A stretch of DNA of 64,000 bases from Cyclobacteriaceae bacterium (GTDB lineage Bacteria; Bacteroidota; Bacteroidia; Cytophagales; Cyclobacteriaceae), in contig JBKCVO010000066.1 in assembly GCA_046317775.1 (NCBI GenBank), positions 7,872 through 71,871 of the forward strand, written 5' to 3'. A program made the translations under genes and the position numbers. A model generated the notes under the pieces. That model saw only the letters and a program-made list of their open reading frames with translations. It had not been told where the DNA came from and did not search any database. The first letter of the stretch is position 1. Every line of letters starts with the position of its first letter. Positions 9,828-18,703 of the stretch are shown one piece after another.

Positions 9828-10310
9828 TTACAGTCGCCTTTTGGGTCTTGGCTTCGTACTGTCAACAATGGTTTTAATAGCCTTTTGAACCTGCTTATCC
9901 AAATCCTTTAATTTGTTGATGCTGTGGATCACATTCCTTTTCTTACCAAGAGTCAAACCGTCAAAAATCTCTTTGAGCGCTTTATCCTGTTCTAAAATGG
10001 TCTCAAGTACTTCAGGCATTTCTACACCCAATGGATTAGGATCTTCCTTTAGAGAAAAGTTAACTTTTTTACCTAAAGTTTTATCAAGCGCTTTTAGGTT
10101 TTTGGTCGAAAGAATAATAAAAAAATCACCTTCGCCTAAATGGTTTAACCCACACTGAAATGAAACGAGTTTATCAAGTGTGCAAATAAAACGAGTATGC
10201 CTCTTATTTTTAAATTTGTTCACAATGTCCGATTCAATTTTCAAATAAAAATAGCCACCCTTTCTCTTTTCGAGTTGCTTAATTATTTGTTCGCCTTTGT
10301 AAGTCTTCAT
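9828..10310 (-). CDS. DUF1905 / YdeI-OmpD-associated family protein
   Basis: GEGDFFIILS..DPNPLGVEMPEVL..LTLGKKRNVIHSINKLK pattern. Confidence 0.75.
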   Translation of the reverse strand: MKTYKGEQIIKQLEKRKGGYFYLKIESDIVNKFKNKRHTRFICTLDKLVSFQCGLNHLGEGDFFIILSTKNLKALDKTLGKKVNFSLKEDPNPLGVEMPEVLETILEQDKALKEIFDGLTLGKKRNVIHSINKLKDLDKQVQKAIKTIVDSTKPRPKRRL

Positions 10311-10553
10311 TTTAATTCAATGCACGTTTTTAATTTATGGAGATTATATAGATACAAAGAGTGAGTCCCATCATGCCCGATAGATCAGGCAACAGAAGAC
10401 TCCTTTTTTTAGCGTTCAAACCACAAATTTATGTTTCTTTTTTCTGACGAAATAGGGTTAAGTAAAAACGTCTTGCAACACAAAACTCCAAGTCCCAAGT
10501 CCTAAGCCCCAACTCCAAGTCCTAGTTCCCAATACGCGTTTTGTTAAGATTTT

Positions 10554-10680
10554 ATGACAAGACTTTTTTTGGAGGTGTGGGAGGGAAGAACGAGATTTGG
10601 TATAACAAAGAGCAATCGACTATAAGAGAAATAAGCGCAAGTTTTTTGGAAAACATGCGCATATGCTAATGTTGGTGGTC
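10554..10680 (+). repeat. Composite element, copy 5 (module C)
   Basis: tttttttggaggtgtgggagggaagaacgagatttgg...catgcgcatatgctaatGTTGGTGGT (GTT at 10671). Confidence 0.85.
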
Positions 10681-10731
10681 ATTGTAAGAAGACCTACAAA
10701 AATATAAAGCCGACCAAGAACAGAGAAGGAA

Positions 10732-11169
10732 ATGGAAATAAAAAAACTTAATTCAGACAGTTTAACAGACTTCAAATCTTTAATAGAAATTTTCAAAGAG
10801 GTTTTTGAAAATGATGAGCCTATTGCTAATGACGAGCATTTAGGAAAATTGCTATCTAACCCTGACTTTTTTGTGTTTGTTGTAATGACTAATAGTAAAG
10901 TGGTAGGCGGACTTACAATTTATGTACTGCATAGATACTATGGCACAAAACCGATTGCATATATTTATGACGTGGGAGTTAGCCACGACTACCAAGGACA
11001 AGGATTAGGCAAAGCACTCATAGCCACAGCGTGTAATTTCTGCAAAAAGAATGACTTTGAAGATGCTTATGTAGAAGCGGAAAGTGACGACATTTACGCA
11101 GTGAATTTTTATAGAAAGACCAAATTTAGCTCTGAACTAAAAGCAATACACTTTACTTATGACCTTTGA
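10732..11169 (+). CDS. GNAT N-acetyltransferase (AAC(3)-I-like subgroup)
   Basis: YIYDVGVSHDYQGQGLGKALI acetyl-CoA motif; YVEAESDD..AVNFY. Confidence 0.8.
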   Translation: MEIKKLNSDSLTDFKSLIEIFKEVFENDEPIANDEHLGKLLSNPDFFVFVVMTNSKVVGGLTIYVLHRYYGTKPIAYIYDVGVSHDYQGQGLGKALIATACNFCKKNDFEDAYVEAESDDIYAVNFYRKTKFSSELKAIHFTYDL

Positions 11170-11238
11170 GGCAAACAATGATAAAAAAACCGAAACCGTT
11201 ATCGGTCATTTTACCGATTAACGAATAAGCATTAACGC

Positions 11239-12582
11239 TTAACTGCCCGCCATCCTCACTCTCCAATTCGCGGGATACAAGTTGTTGAGGCGGTTGCCGA
11301 GCAGATTCACCCAGCCCAGTGGCGTCTTTTGATACGTCACCAACGCAAAACCTTTGCGGCCTTCACCGAGCAAAGGTGTCTCCTTACGCAAATAAGCGAG
11401 CGCTTCCTCCAGCGATACATCGAGTTGAATAAATTGATCCGTTTGCAATTCGATGGAAAGCGCAGCCGCATGTTCGGGAATAAACTTGTCGTGCTTCATC
11501 GTAGCAAGTGCCGTTCCTTTCGTGAGCACATTCAACTGCTGAGTCAGCCAATTGATTTCGGTAGCAAACTCCTCCGGCAACGCCACAATCAATTCATTCA
11601 ATTGAATCAACAGATGCGGATGTTGCAACCAATGGTTCAGTTGTTCCGCGGTCTTCTTCGCCAACAAAGGCAACACGTTCTTCGTGCGAAACACGGGTGG
11701 GGTAGTAGCCTCGCGCTTGCGCACCACCGCCATAAAAAATCCCTCGCCTTGTACAAGATGTGGATAACAATGATACCCCACCATGTTTCCCACCACCGAC
11801 TTGGTCACGCCCCACTTTGCATCCATCGTATGAGAAACAAATTCCACTTCTTTATTTTCGGCCAGCCACTTCAGGTTGCCTTCATTTTCAATGTCGTTGT
11901 ATGTACAGGTGGAGTAAATGAGTAAACCATTCTCTTTCAACGCAGGCCATACATCCGCCAAGATGCGCTGTTGCCGTTGCGAACAAAGCGTCACATTGTT
12001 CTCCGACCACTCCTGCATTGCATGTGGATCTTTGCGGAAAAGCCCTTCCCCTGAACAAGGAGCGTCTACCACCATCACATCAAAGTAGCCACTCAGTCGC
12101 TCAAAGTCTTTAGGGTCGTTGTTGCTCACCACCACATTCGCATGTCCCCACTTTTGTACATTCTCCGACAAGATGGAAGCGCGCGAGCGAATCACTTCAT
12201 TGCTCACCAGCAATGATTGTTCATTCATCAAACTCAACAGGTGGGTAGACTTCCCTCCGGGGGCCGCACATAAGTCCAGCACACGCAACGAACCGGTGGC
12301 ATCAGTAGCTTGTGTAAATGCTTGCTCAATCAACATCGAACTTGCCTCTTGCACATAATAAGCGCCCGCATGCAGCAGAGGATCTAAAGTAAAAACAGGG
12401 CGTTCCGGCAAATAATAGCCGTGAGTCGTCCAGGGTATTTTGGTAAATGCAGGTTGGTATCGCTTTCGCGGATTGGCACGAATACTAACAGGCGAAGGCT
12501 GCGCATGAGCCGCTTGCAGGGCAGGCCATTGATCCGGCAGCGCAGATTGCATTCTGTTGACAAAAGCTTCCGGAAAGTGCAT
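11239..12582 (-). CDS. RsmB/NOP/RsmF-family rRNA cytosine-C5 methyltransferase
   Basis: YYVQEASSM, VLDLCAAPGGKSTHL, DAPCSGEG, YSTCT motifs. Confidence 0.9.
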   Translation of the reverse strand: MHFPEAFVNRMQSALPDQWPALQAAHAQPSPVSIRANPRKRYQPAFTKIPWTTHGYYLPERPVFTLDPLLHAGAYYVQEASSMLIEQAFTQATDATGSLRVLDLCAAPGGKSTHLLSLMNEQSLLVSNEVIRSRASILSENVQKWGHANVVVSNNDPKDFERLSGYFDVMVVDAPCSGEGLFRKDPHAMQEWSENNVTLCSQRQQRILADVWPALKENGLLIYSTCTYNDIENEGNLKWLAENKEVEFVSHTMDAKWGVTKSVVGNMVGYHCYPHLVQGEGFFMAVVRKREATTPPVFRTKNVLPLLAKKTAEQLNHWLQHPHLLIQLNELIVALPEEFATEINWLTQQLNVLTKGTALATMKHDKFIPEHAAALSIELQTDQFIQLDVSLEEALAYLRKETPLLGEGRKGFALVTYQKTPLGWVNLLGNRLNNLYPANWRVRMAGS

Positions 12583-12658
12583 CGGTCAAAAATATCAGAT
12601 ACACACCTGTAAAGCAACATCTGTGAAGGTATTTGACTAATTTTGAATTTGTTATACT

Positions 12659-13936
12659 ATGGAAACAATTCACGCAAACAATCCCCGGTTGAAGTCGTGG
12701 GTAGAAGTACCCGCACATTCCGACTTCCCCATTCAAAATTTACCTTTCGGGATATTCAAAACACGGTATCTCACCTCCGTAGCGGGCGTGGCCATCGGAA
12801 AGCATGTGCTCGATCTTGTCTACTTGCACGAAAATGGTTTCTTCGATGGACTCGGTTTGCCCGCAGGCATATTTAACCAGCCGTTCTTAAACGACTTCAT
12901 GGCGTTAGGTCGCACGAAGACGAGAATGGTGCGTGAGCGCGTGTCCGAATTACTGCAACACGACAACGATGAATTGAAAGACAACGTAGCCGCACGCGAG
13001 TTGGCGCTCATTCCGATGGAAGAAGTACAAATGCAGATGCCGGTGCGCATACCTAACTACACCGACTTCTATAGCAGCGAAGAGCACGCCACCAATGTGG
13101 GCACACTCTTCCGCGATCCGAAGAATGCGTTGTTGCCTAACTGGAAACACTTGCCGGTAGGGTATCATGGTCGTGCTTCGAGCATTGTTGTTTCGGGCAC
13201 ACCCATCCATCGCCCGAAAGGGCAAATCAAACCACCCGATGCAGAGTTGCCGTTGTTTTGTCCTTCGAAGAAAATGGACTTTGAATTAGAGATGGCGTTC
13301 ATCACCTGCACTGATACCAAGTTGGGCACCAGCGTTTCCGCGAAAGCAGCAGAAGATCATATCTTCGGATTTGTCTTGTTCAACGATTGGAGTGCACGTG
13401 ATATTCAAAATTGGGAGTATGTTCCCTTGGGCCCATTTCTGGGGAAGAATTTCGGTTCCACCATCTCACCGTGGATTGTGACACTCGATGCGCTTGAACC
13501 GTTTCGTATGAAAGGTCCGGAGCAGTTCCCGCATGTATTGCCCTATTTAGCTACCGAAGGCGATCGCAACTTCGACATCACCTTAGAGGTGGCGATGCAG
13601 CCGGAGAAAGGAAGCGAGACAGTCGTGAGCCGCTCGAACTTTAAGTACATGTATTGGAATGTGTGTCAGCAGTTGGCGCACCATACGGTGAATGGCTGCA
13701 ATATTGAAGTTGGAGATTTGTATGCTTCAGGAACGATCAGCGGCCCTTCGCCCGGATCATTTGGTTCTTTGCTGGAACTGACGTGGAATGGCCAACGACC
13801 TTTGCATTTAAATGATGGTGCTGAGCGCAAATTTATAGAAGATGGCGACACCGTCATCATGCGCGGCCACTGCGAGAAAGAAGGTGTGCGCATAGGCTTT
13901 GGAGAATGTAAGGGTAAGATCATAGCTGCGGTTTAA
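12659..13936 (+). CDS. fahA: Fumarylacetoacetase
   Basis: SDFPIQNLPFG, YTDFYSSEEHATNVG, DFELEMAF, NDWSARDIQ, SGTISG motifs. Confidence 0.95.
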   Translation: METIHANNPRLKSWVEVPAHSDFPIQNLPFGIFKTRYLTSVAGVAIGKHVLDLVYLHENGFFDGLGLPAGIFNQPFLNDFMALGRTKTRMVRERVSELLQHDNDELKDNVAARELALIPMEEVQMQMPVRIPNYTDFYSSEEHATNVGTLFRDPKNALLPNWKHLPVGYHGRASSIVVSGTPIHRPKGQIKPPDAELPLFCPSKKMDFELEMAFITCTDTKLGTSVSAKAAEDHIFGFVLFNDWSARDIQNWEYVPLGPFLGKNFGSTISPWIVTLDALEPFRMKGPEQFPHVLPYLATEGDRNFDITLEVAMQPEKGSETVVSRSNFKYMYWNVCQQLAHHTVNGCNIEVGDLYASGTISGPSPGSFGSLLELTWNGQRPLHLNDGAERKFIEDGDTVIMRGHCEKEGVRIGFGECKGKIIAAV

Positions 13937-13949
13937 TATGCCTACGGAT

Positions 13950-14101
13950 GCCCCATCGGGGCTTCCTGTCTATAGGATTTAGTTTAAGAATATGCGTTGG
14001 ACTCCAGAGGAGTCTCCTTAAAACGATGTGCTAGTCAGGTGGCTCCTACGGAGCCAATTAAGTCAGATTGAGTTTCTATAAACAGGATGCTCCTTCGGAG
14101 C
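13950..14101. repeat. REPIN-like element (inverted REP pair with two internal hairpins); second copy at about 14204-14355
   Basis: gccccatcggggc-cctgtctatag ... ctataaacagg-gctccttcggagc; internal hairpins gactcc-aga-ggagtc and ggctcc-tac-ggagcc. Confidence 0.75.
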
Positions 14102-14113
14102 TTTGTTCAATAC

Positions 14114-14191
14114 ATGCTCGGCTACTGCGAGAAGGACGGAGTGCGTATTGGCTTTGGAGAATGTAAGGGGAAAATCATTGCTGCGGTTTAG
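14114..14191 (+). pseudogene. Orphan copy of the last 25 codons of fahA
   Basis: MLGYCEKDGVRIGFGECKGKIIAAV* versus MRGHCEKEGVRIGFGECKGKIIAAV*. Confidence 0.9.
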
Positions 14192-14367
14192 TACAATACG
14201 CTTGCCCCATCGGGGCTGCCTGTCTATAGAATTTAGTTTAAGAATATGCGTTGGACTCCGGAGGAGTCACCTGAAAACGATGTGTTAGTCAGGCTGCTCC
14301 TACGGAGCCAATGAAGCCGATTGATTTTCTATAAACAGGATGCTCCTTTGGAGCTTTAATCAATATA

Positions 14368-14563
14368 AAAGAAAGAGTTCAGTCAGGTGGACATAATATT
14401 CAAATTGAAACAATCAGGAAGATACGATCGAGGACTAAAGAAATCTTATAGAAATTTATATGCCCTTAGTTGTCATTGGACTATCTTTGATAACTGAGAT
14501 GAGGCGAAGCAACAAATAGCTTCAGGCACTAGAAGTAAGGATGTGAAAGTCTTTGATGAATAA
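14368..14563 (+). pseudogene. C-terminal remnant of a zeta-toxin-like/AAA P-loop ATPase
   Basis: KERVQSGGHNIQIETIR/RYDRGLKK..HWTIFDN*..IASG matches the RVxxGGHxIP..RRY.RGL..W..FDNS pattern; one frameshift, one internal TGA, 5' part absent. Confidence 0.7.
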
Positions 14564-14565
14564 AG

Positions 14566-14745
14566 ATGGAGCAGAATAAAGAATCAATATCGAAGAGGCA
14601 AAGCTTAATCAACAAAAGTGTTTCAAAAGGGCTGAAACTAGCTTTTAAAAGACTGGTAAAGGAGAAGTCGTTAAAAGACGAAAAGTTAGTTTTTGAGAAG
14701 AACGGTAAGATTAAATTTGTAAAAGCCCGAAAGATCAAGGTGTAG
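14566..14745 (+). CDS. Small basic protein of the type found downstream of zeta-toxin-like ATPases
   Basis: 59-aa ORF below the track cutoff: MEQNKESISKRQSLINKSVSKGLKLAFKRLVKEKSLKDEKLVFEKNGKIKFVKARKIKV. Confidence 0.65.
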   Translation: MEQNKESISKRQSLINKSVSKGLKLAFKRLVKEKSLKDEKLVFEKNGKIKFVKARKIKV

Positions 14746-14753
14746 ATTCGTGT

Positions 14754-15614
14754 ATGATCATCAACCCAAAAGAAATACCGCTTCCTAAATTAGTCAGCTA
14801 CTTGCAAGGTACAGTTGCGCCACGGCCGATTGCCTTAGTGAGTTCTGTAGATCAACAAGGCAACGTGAATTTGAGTCCGTTTAGTTTCTTTAATCTCTTC
14901 AGCCTCAACCCACCTATTCTTGTGTTTTCGCCTTCGCGGAGAGCGCGCAACAACACCACCAAACATACTTTAGAAAATGTGTTAGAAGTACCCGAAGTGG
15001 TAATCAATATGATCCACTACGACATGGTGCAACAAGTGTCGTTGGCCAGTTGCGATTTCCCGAAAGGAGTGAATGAGTTTATCAAGGCAGGTTTGACCGA
15101 AGTAAAATCAACAGTAGTAAAACCACCATGCGTAGGAGAGTCCCATGTTTCGTTTGAATGTAAGGTCAATCAAGTGATACCACTCGGCAACGAAGGAGGA
15201 GCAGGAAATTTGGTTATATGCGAAGTGCAGTTAATCCATATCAACGATTCCATTCTCGATAGCGAAGGAAGAATCGATCCGCAATTACTGAATGCCGTAG
15301 CGCGGATGGGAAATGATTATTATAGCCGCGCCAGTGGAGATGCTATCTTCACCGTTCCGAAGCCAAACGAGAAAGTGGGTCTAGGCATCGATGCGTTACC
15401 AACAGAAATTCGCACCAGCAAAATACTTTCCGGCAATGATCTAGGCATGCTCGGCAATAGTGAAAAACTTCCATCTGCCGAAGCCATTGTGCAATTCAAA
15501 AGCGAGCATCCGCAATTCACAAACCTGAGCGAAGAAGCATCCCATCAACAAGCAAAACAGTTTCTACAGTCCGGTGATGTAGAGAAAGCATGGTTGGTGT
15601 TGATGCGAAATTGA
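14754..15614 (+). CDS. Flavin reductase family protein
   Basis: VAPRPIALVSS, NLSPFSFFN, TTKHTLENV, ARMGNDYY. Confidence 0.9.
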   Translation: MIINPKEIPLPKLVSYLQGTVAPRPIALVSSVDQQGNVNLSPFSFFNLFSLNPPILVFSPSRRARNNTTKHTLENVLEVPEVVINMIHYDMVQQVSLASCDFPKGVNEFIKAGLTEVKSTVVKPPCVGESHVSFECKVNQVIPLGNEGGAGNLVICEVQLIHINDSILDSEGRIDPQLLNAVARMGNDYYSRASGDAIFTVPKPNEKVGLGIDALPTEIRTSKILSGNDLGMLGNSEKLPSAEAIVQFKSEHPQFTNLSEEASHQQAKQFLQSGDVEKAWLVLMRN

Positions 15615-15771
15615 TTTTAAGTTCAGGTCAGTTTGAGTTTTCCCTCACGCCAACATGGTGAGAACGCAAACCACGGATTAGGATTTGATGCCCATAATTC
15701 TTTGGCACGATTGCTGCACAATTACCAAAAAAGCGTATCTTGTTCATACCCAAACACCTAAACCTCCCTGT

Positions 15772-18691
15772 ATGAATCTTTTCAGACCGGTGCTAATTCT
15801 ATTAGTAGCACTTTCAAGCCCCTTCTTTCTGGGGGCTCAGAATGGACCTCCTTCAGAAGAAGTGATCACTAAAATGAAAACAGCATTGGCTCCGCTCTTT
15901 CAGGAAAATCAGGATTATGTATTCTCCGATCTAAAGAGTGAAGCCAAAGGCAACGGCTTTCGCATCAGCGGCAATGCTACATTCTTTCAGATGAATAGCG
16001 TTACGCTGGTCGCCACGTTCGCTTCCGCAGATGTGATGGCTCGTTTCGAATTGCAGTTTCCAGCCGGCAGCAAACTTCCGAACGATGCGCAACAGAAGTT
16101 AGCCAAACAAAATATTGTCAACTGGATGCCCCAGGAGATACAAAAGGTAGTCAGTCTTCAATCACTCTATGTGGAGCTGGCACAAAACACCATCAGCACT
16201 GTAGGTATTCATTTTGCGGCCCAGCAAGACTGGAACCCCGTAGCTGGTATTGCTGCTAAGAATATAGCTGTTGATTTTAACTTGAATAATCCCCTCGGTA
16301 CCGTTTCCATTTCTTCTACACTCAAGAGCGATTTTAAAATTGGCGATGCCTCCATCAAAGTAGGAGCCACCTTGTCGAGTAACCCCAATGATTGTGTGTT
16401 GTCGGGCGATATTAGTAATCTGAGCTTGGGCAATGTATTGAGTAGCATCGGCATGAATAAGGCTCCCGAGTGGCCAGATGCCCTTTTGGAATCTCTCGAT
16501 GTCGAAGGGCACCATCTCCATGGCACCATTCGCCAAAACATTGTCCCTCAACACCACGTCAGATTTCGGTCAGGTAGAATTTTTTATCAATGCTTCCAAA
16601 ACGCCTGCCGAGTTTATGGTCGGTGTTTCACCACCTTCCGATTTTTCGTTCAAACGCATCGATCCCAATCTCGGTGTCCTCGATAATGTAGGCTTAAAGA
16701 ATACCGCGATTGTGTTGGCATCGTCTACTCAAAAAACAAGACTTGCCTTATTTAAAAAGTTAGGACAAGAAACAGATGTTACCCGCGGACTTACGCTCCT
16801 CTCGCTCTACGATATCTCCGCCATGTCCAAAGAAGTGGAGAAACTGATTGGCAAAAGTCAGTTGTTGTTGCGCGCCACCGTCAGCAACAATCCGGGCGAA
16901 ATGAAATTGATGGCTTCGCTGGATACCAACATTCCATTTGACGCAAAGCAGACCACGATTTTAAAGAATGTCAACTTCACCATCGCACCCAATCCAGTCA
17001 ATTTTGAGGTGAGCCTTGGTGGAACGTTGGATGTGAAGGCAGAGAAAAACAGAACACTAAGTTTCACGACACGTGTTGCCGTCAACATCACCAATGCTGA
17101 ATTGAGCATTGAAGGAATTATGAAAGGCACGTGGGATCGCCCATTCGAAACCAATGGCGTGCAGTTGATTGATTTAGGAATTGGCGTAGGTGTGAGTTTT
17201 AAAACCACTCCACTCCCCATGCCCACGATGCAATTCAAAGGAAAAATTAAAGTGGGTGACCCGCGCAATCCCGCCTTTGCAGGTGATGTTACATTCGCGC
17301 TCGATCCATCTAATCCGACACAGTGTATGATTGATGCCGGTTTCAATCAGATATTGATGAGAGATTTGGTGCGAGTAGTGCAATACTCCAATCCATCATT
17401 TCGTGTTCCGGACGATTCACGCAACTTGGTCAACTCCATGGGCGTAACCGATGCGCGTCTCACGATTGTGCCTGGACTCACTACCGTGACCGTGCTGGAG
17501 AAAAATTATGAACCCGGATTTTTAATTAAAGGAAGTGCAGCCATTGATGGATACAATACCAACTTGTTGGTAGGCATTTCAGCAGCCGGAATCAAAGCAG
17601 GTGCCGGCATTTCTTCCATTGTATTTCCTCCTTATTTCTCTTTCACCGGTGCGTTGGACAAGCCCGATCCGTTTTTTAACATGGTGCTCAGCACGACCGA
17701 CCCGAAGTCTTCTAAGATTGCCTATAGCGGAAAAGCTACGGTGTTAAAGTTGACAGCTGAGTCGGATATGATGTTGAGTGATAAAGGATTTGACCTGTAT
17801 ATGAATGGAAAGATCTTTGATAAGTTCCAGGCGAAGTTGCGCATTGCCGCAGGCAGCACGAAAGATGGGGCAGGCTACAATGTGATGGCCACGATGGACT
17901 CGGACTTGCAAAAGTATATAAGTGATATCGCTTCCGCGGAAATCGATAAGGCTACGAAAAATTCGCAGAAAGCATTTAAAGATGCGCAAACCACGCTAAC
18001 ACAAAAGCAACAAGAGGTGGCTACGCTCAATACGGAGATTGAAAAGCAACGCGCAATCGTGCAAGCCGAGCGCGATAAGGATTGTAAGAAGTTCAACGAT
18101 GCGGAGGCGGATGTAAAAAGAGACCGCAAGAAAGTAAATGGCCTGAAAGATGACATCGATGACAAAGAAGATAAAATAAAAAAATTAGCAAAGGCAATTG
18201 AGAAGGATGCTACCAAAGCCATTGAAAATGGTGCAAAGATTACCAAGCTGAAAGCGGAAGTAGTGGGTTTAGAGGCAGCGGTGGCCACAGCGAGAGGTGT
18301 GTTAAAAGCTTCTGAAAAAGTGTTGGAAGCTTTAGGAAAAGGTTGTGATCAAACACCGATTGATTTGGATCCTCGTATTGCCGGATTAATCACCGCCCGC
18401 GAAACAGCCGATAAGAGTTTGCAAGCTGCCAAAGCAGTTGTGCAGGGTACAGGTGCCATTACCGGTGGCTCACTCAAAGCAACGAAGTACATTGTTGAAA
18501 AGGGCAGCACGGGCGTGGTGACCATCACCTACGCCTATTTCGAAAGCAAGTTAAGCATAGCCGATGGCGGTATGGTATCGATGAAAGTGAAAGGTACTTA
18601 TGCGGGTGAGCCACTCGATCAATCCTTCACCATCAATTTGCCGAGCCCTCAGGCAACCGTGGAAGCATTTGCGCAGCAATTATTAAAGTAA
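15772..18691 (+). pseudogene. Large secreted beta-rich protein with C-terminal coiled coil, split by a single-base frameshift
   Basis: Signal peptide MNLFRPVLILLVALSSPFFLGA-Q; frames join at GAT GCC c TTT TGG (16477-16489); removing one base gives 972 aa. Confidence 0.75.
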
Positions 18692-18703
18692 CAACCGTGT
18701 AGT

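Larger units (their letters stand above)
13858..14365 (+). repeat. Diverged tandem duplication (255 + 253 bp) of the fahA 3' end plus a downstream hairpin cluster
   Basis: Copy 1 13858-14112 and copy 2 14113-14365 align end to end. Confidence 0.95.

Noticed and set aside
121-10680. CRISPR array
   Set aside because: The repeats are 50-240 bp, degenerate and separated by whole genes, not by uniform 30-40 nt spacers; no cas genes.
1-11220. Complete integron
   Set aside because: No tyrosine recombinase ORF in the window and no intact palindromic attC that I can fold by eye.
13858-14191. Diversity-generating retroelement TR/VR pair at the fahA C-terminus
   Set aside because: Mismatches are not adenine-specific and are mostly synonymous; no RT gene nearby.
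14103-14288. 61-aa plus-strand ORF
   Set aside because: Off-frame reading of the duplicated fahA end and REP hairpins.
14490-14505. Selenocysteine or readthrough at the TGA in the zeta-like fragment
   Set aside because: The fragment also has a frameshift and lacks its 5' half; ordinary decay explains it.
15685-15771. Upstream extension of the large secreted protein
   Set aside because: The signal peptide starts at ATG 15772; the extension is probably open by chance.
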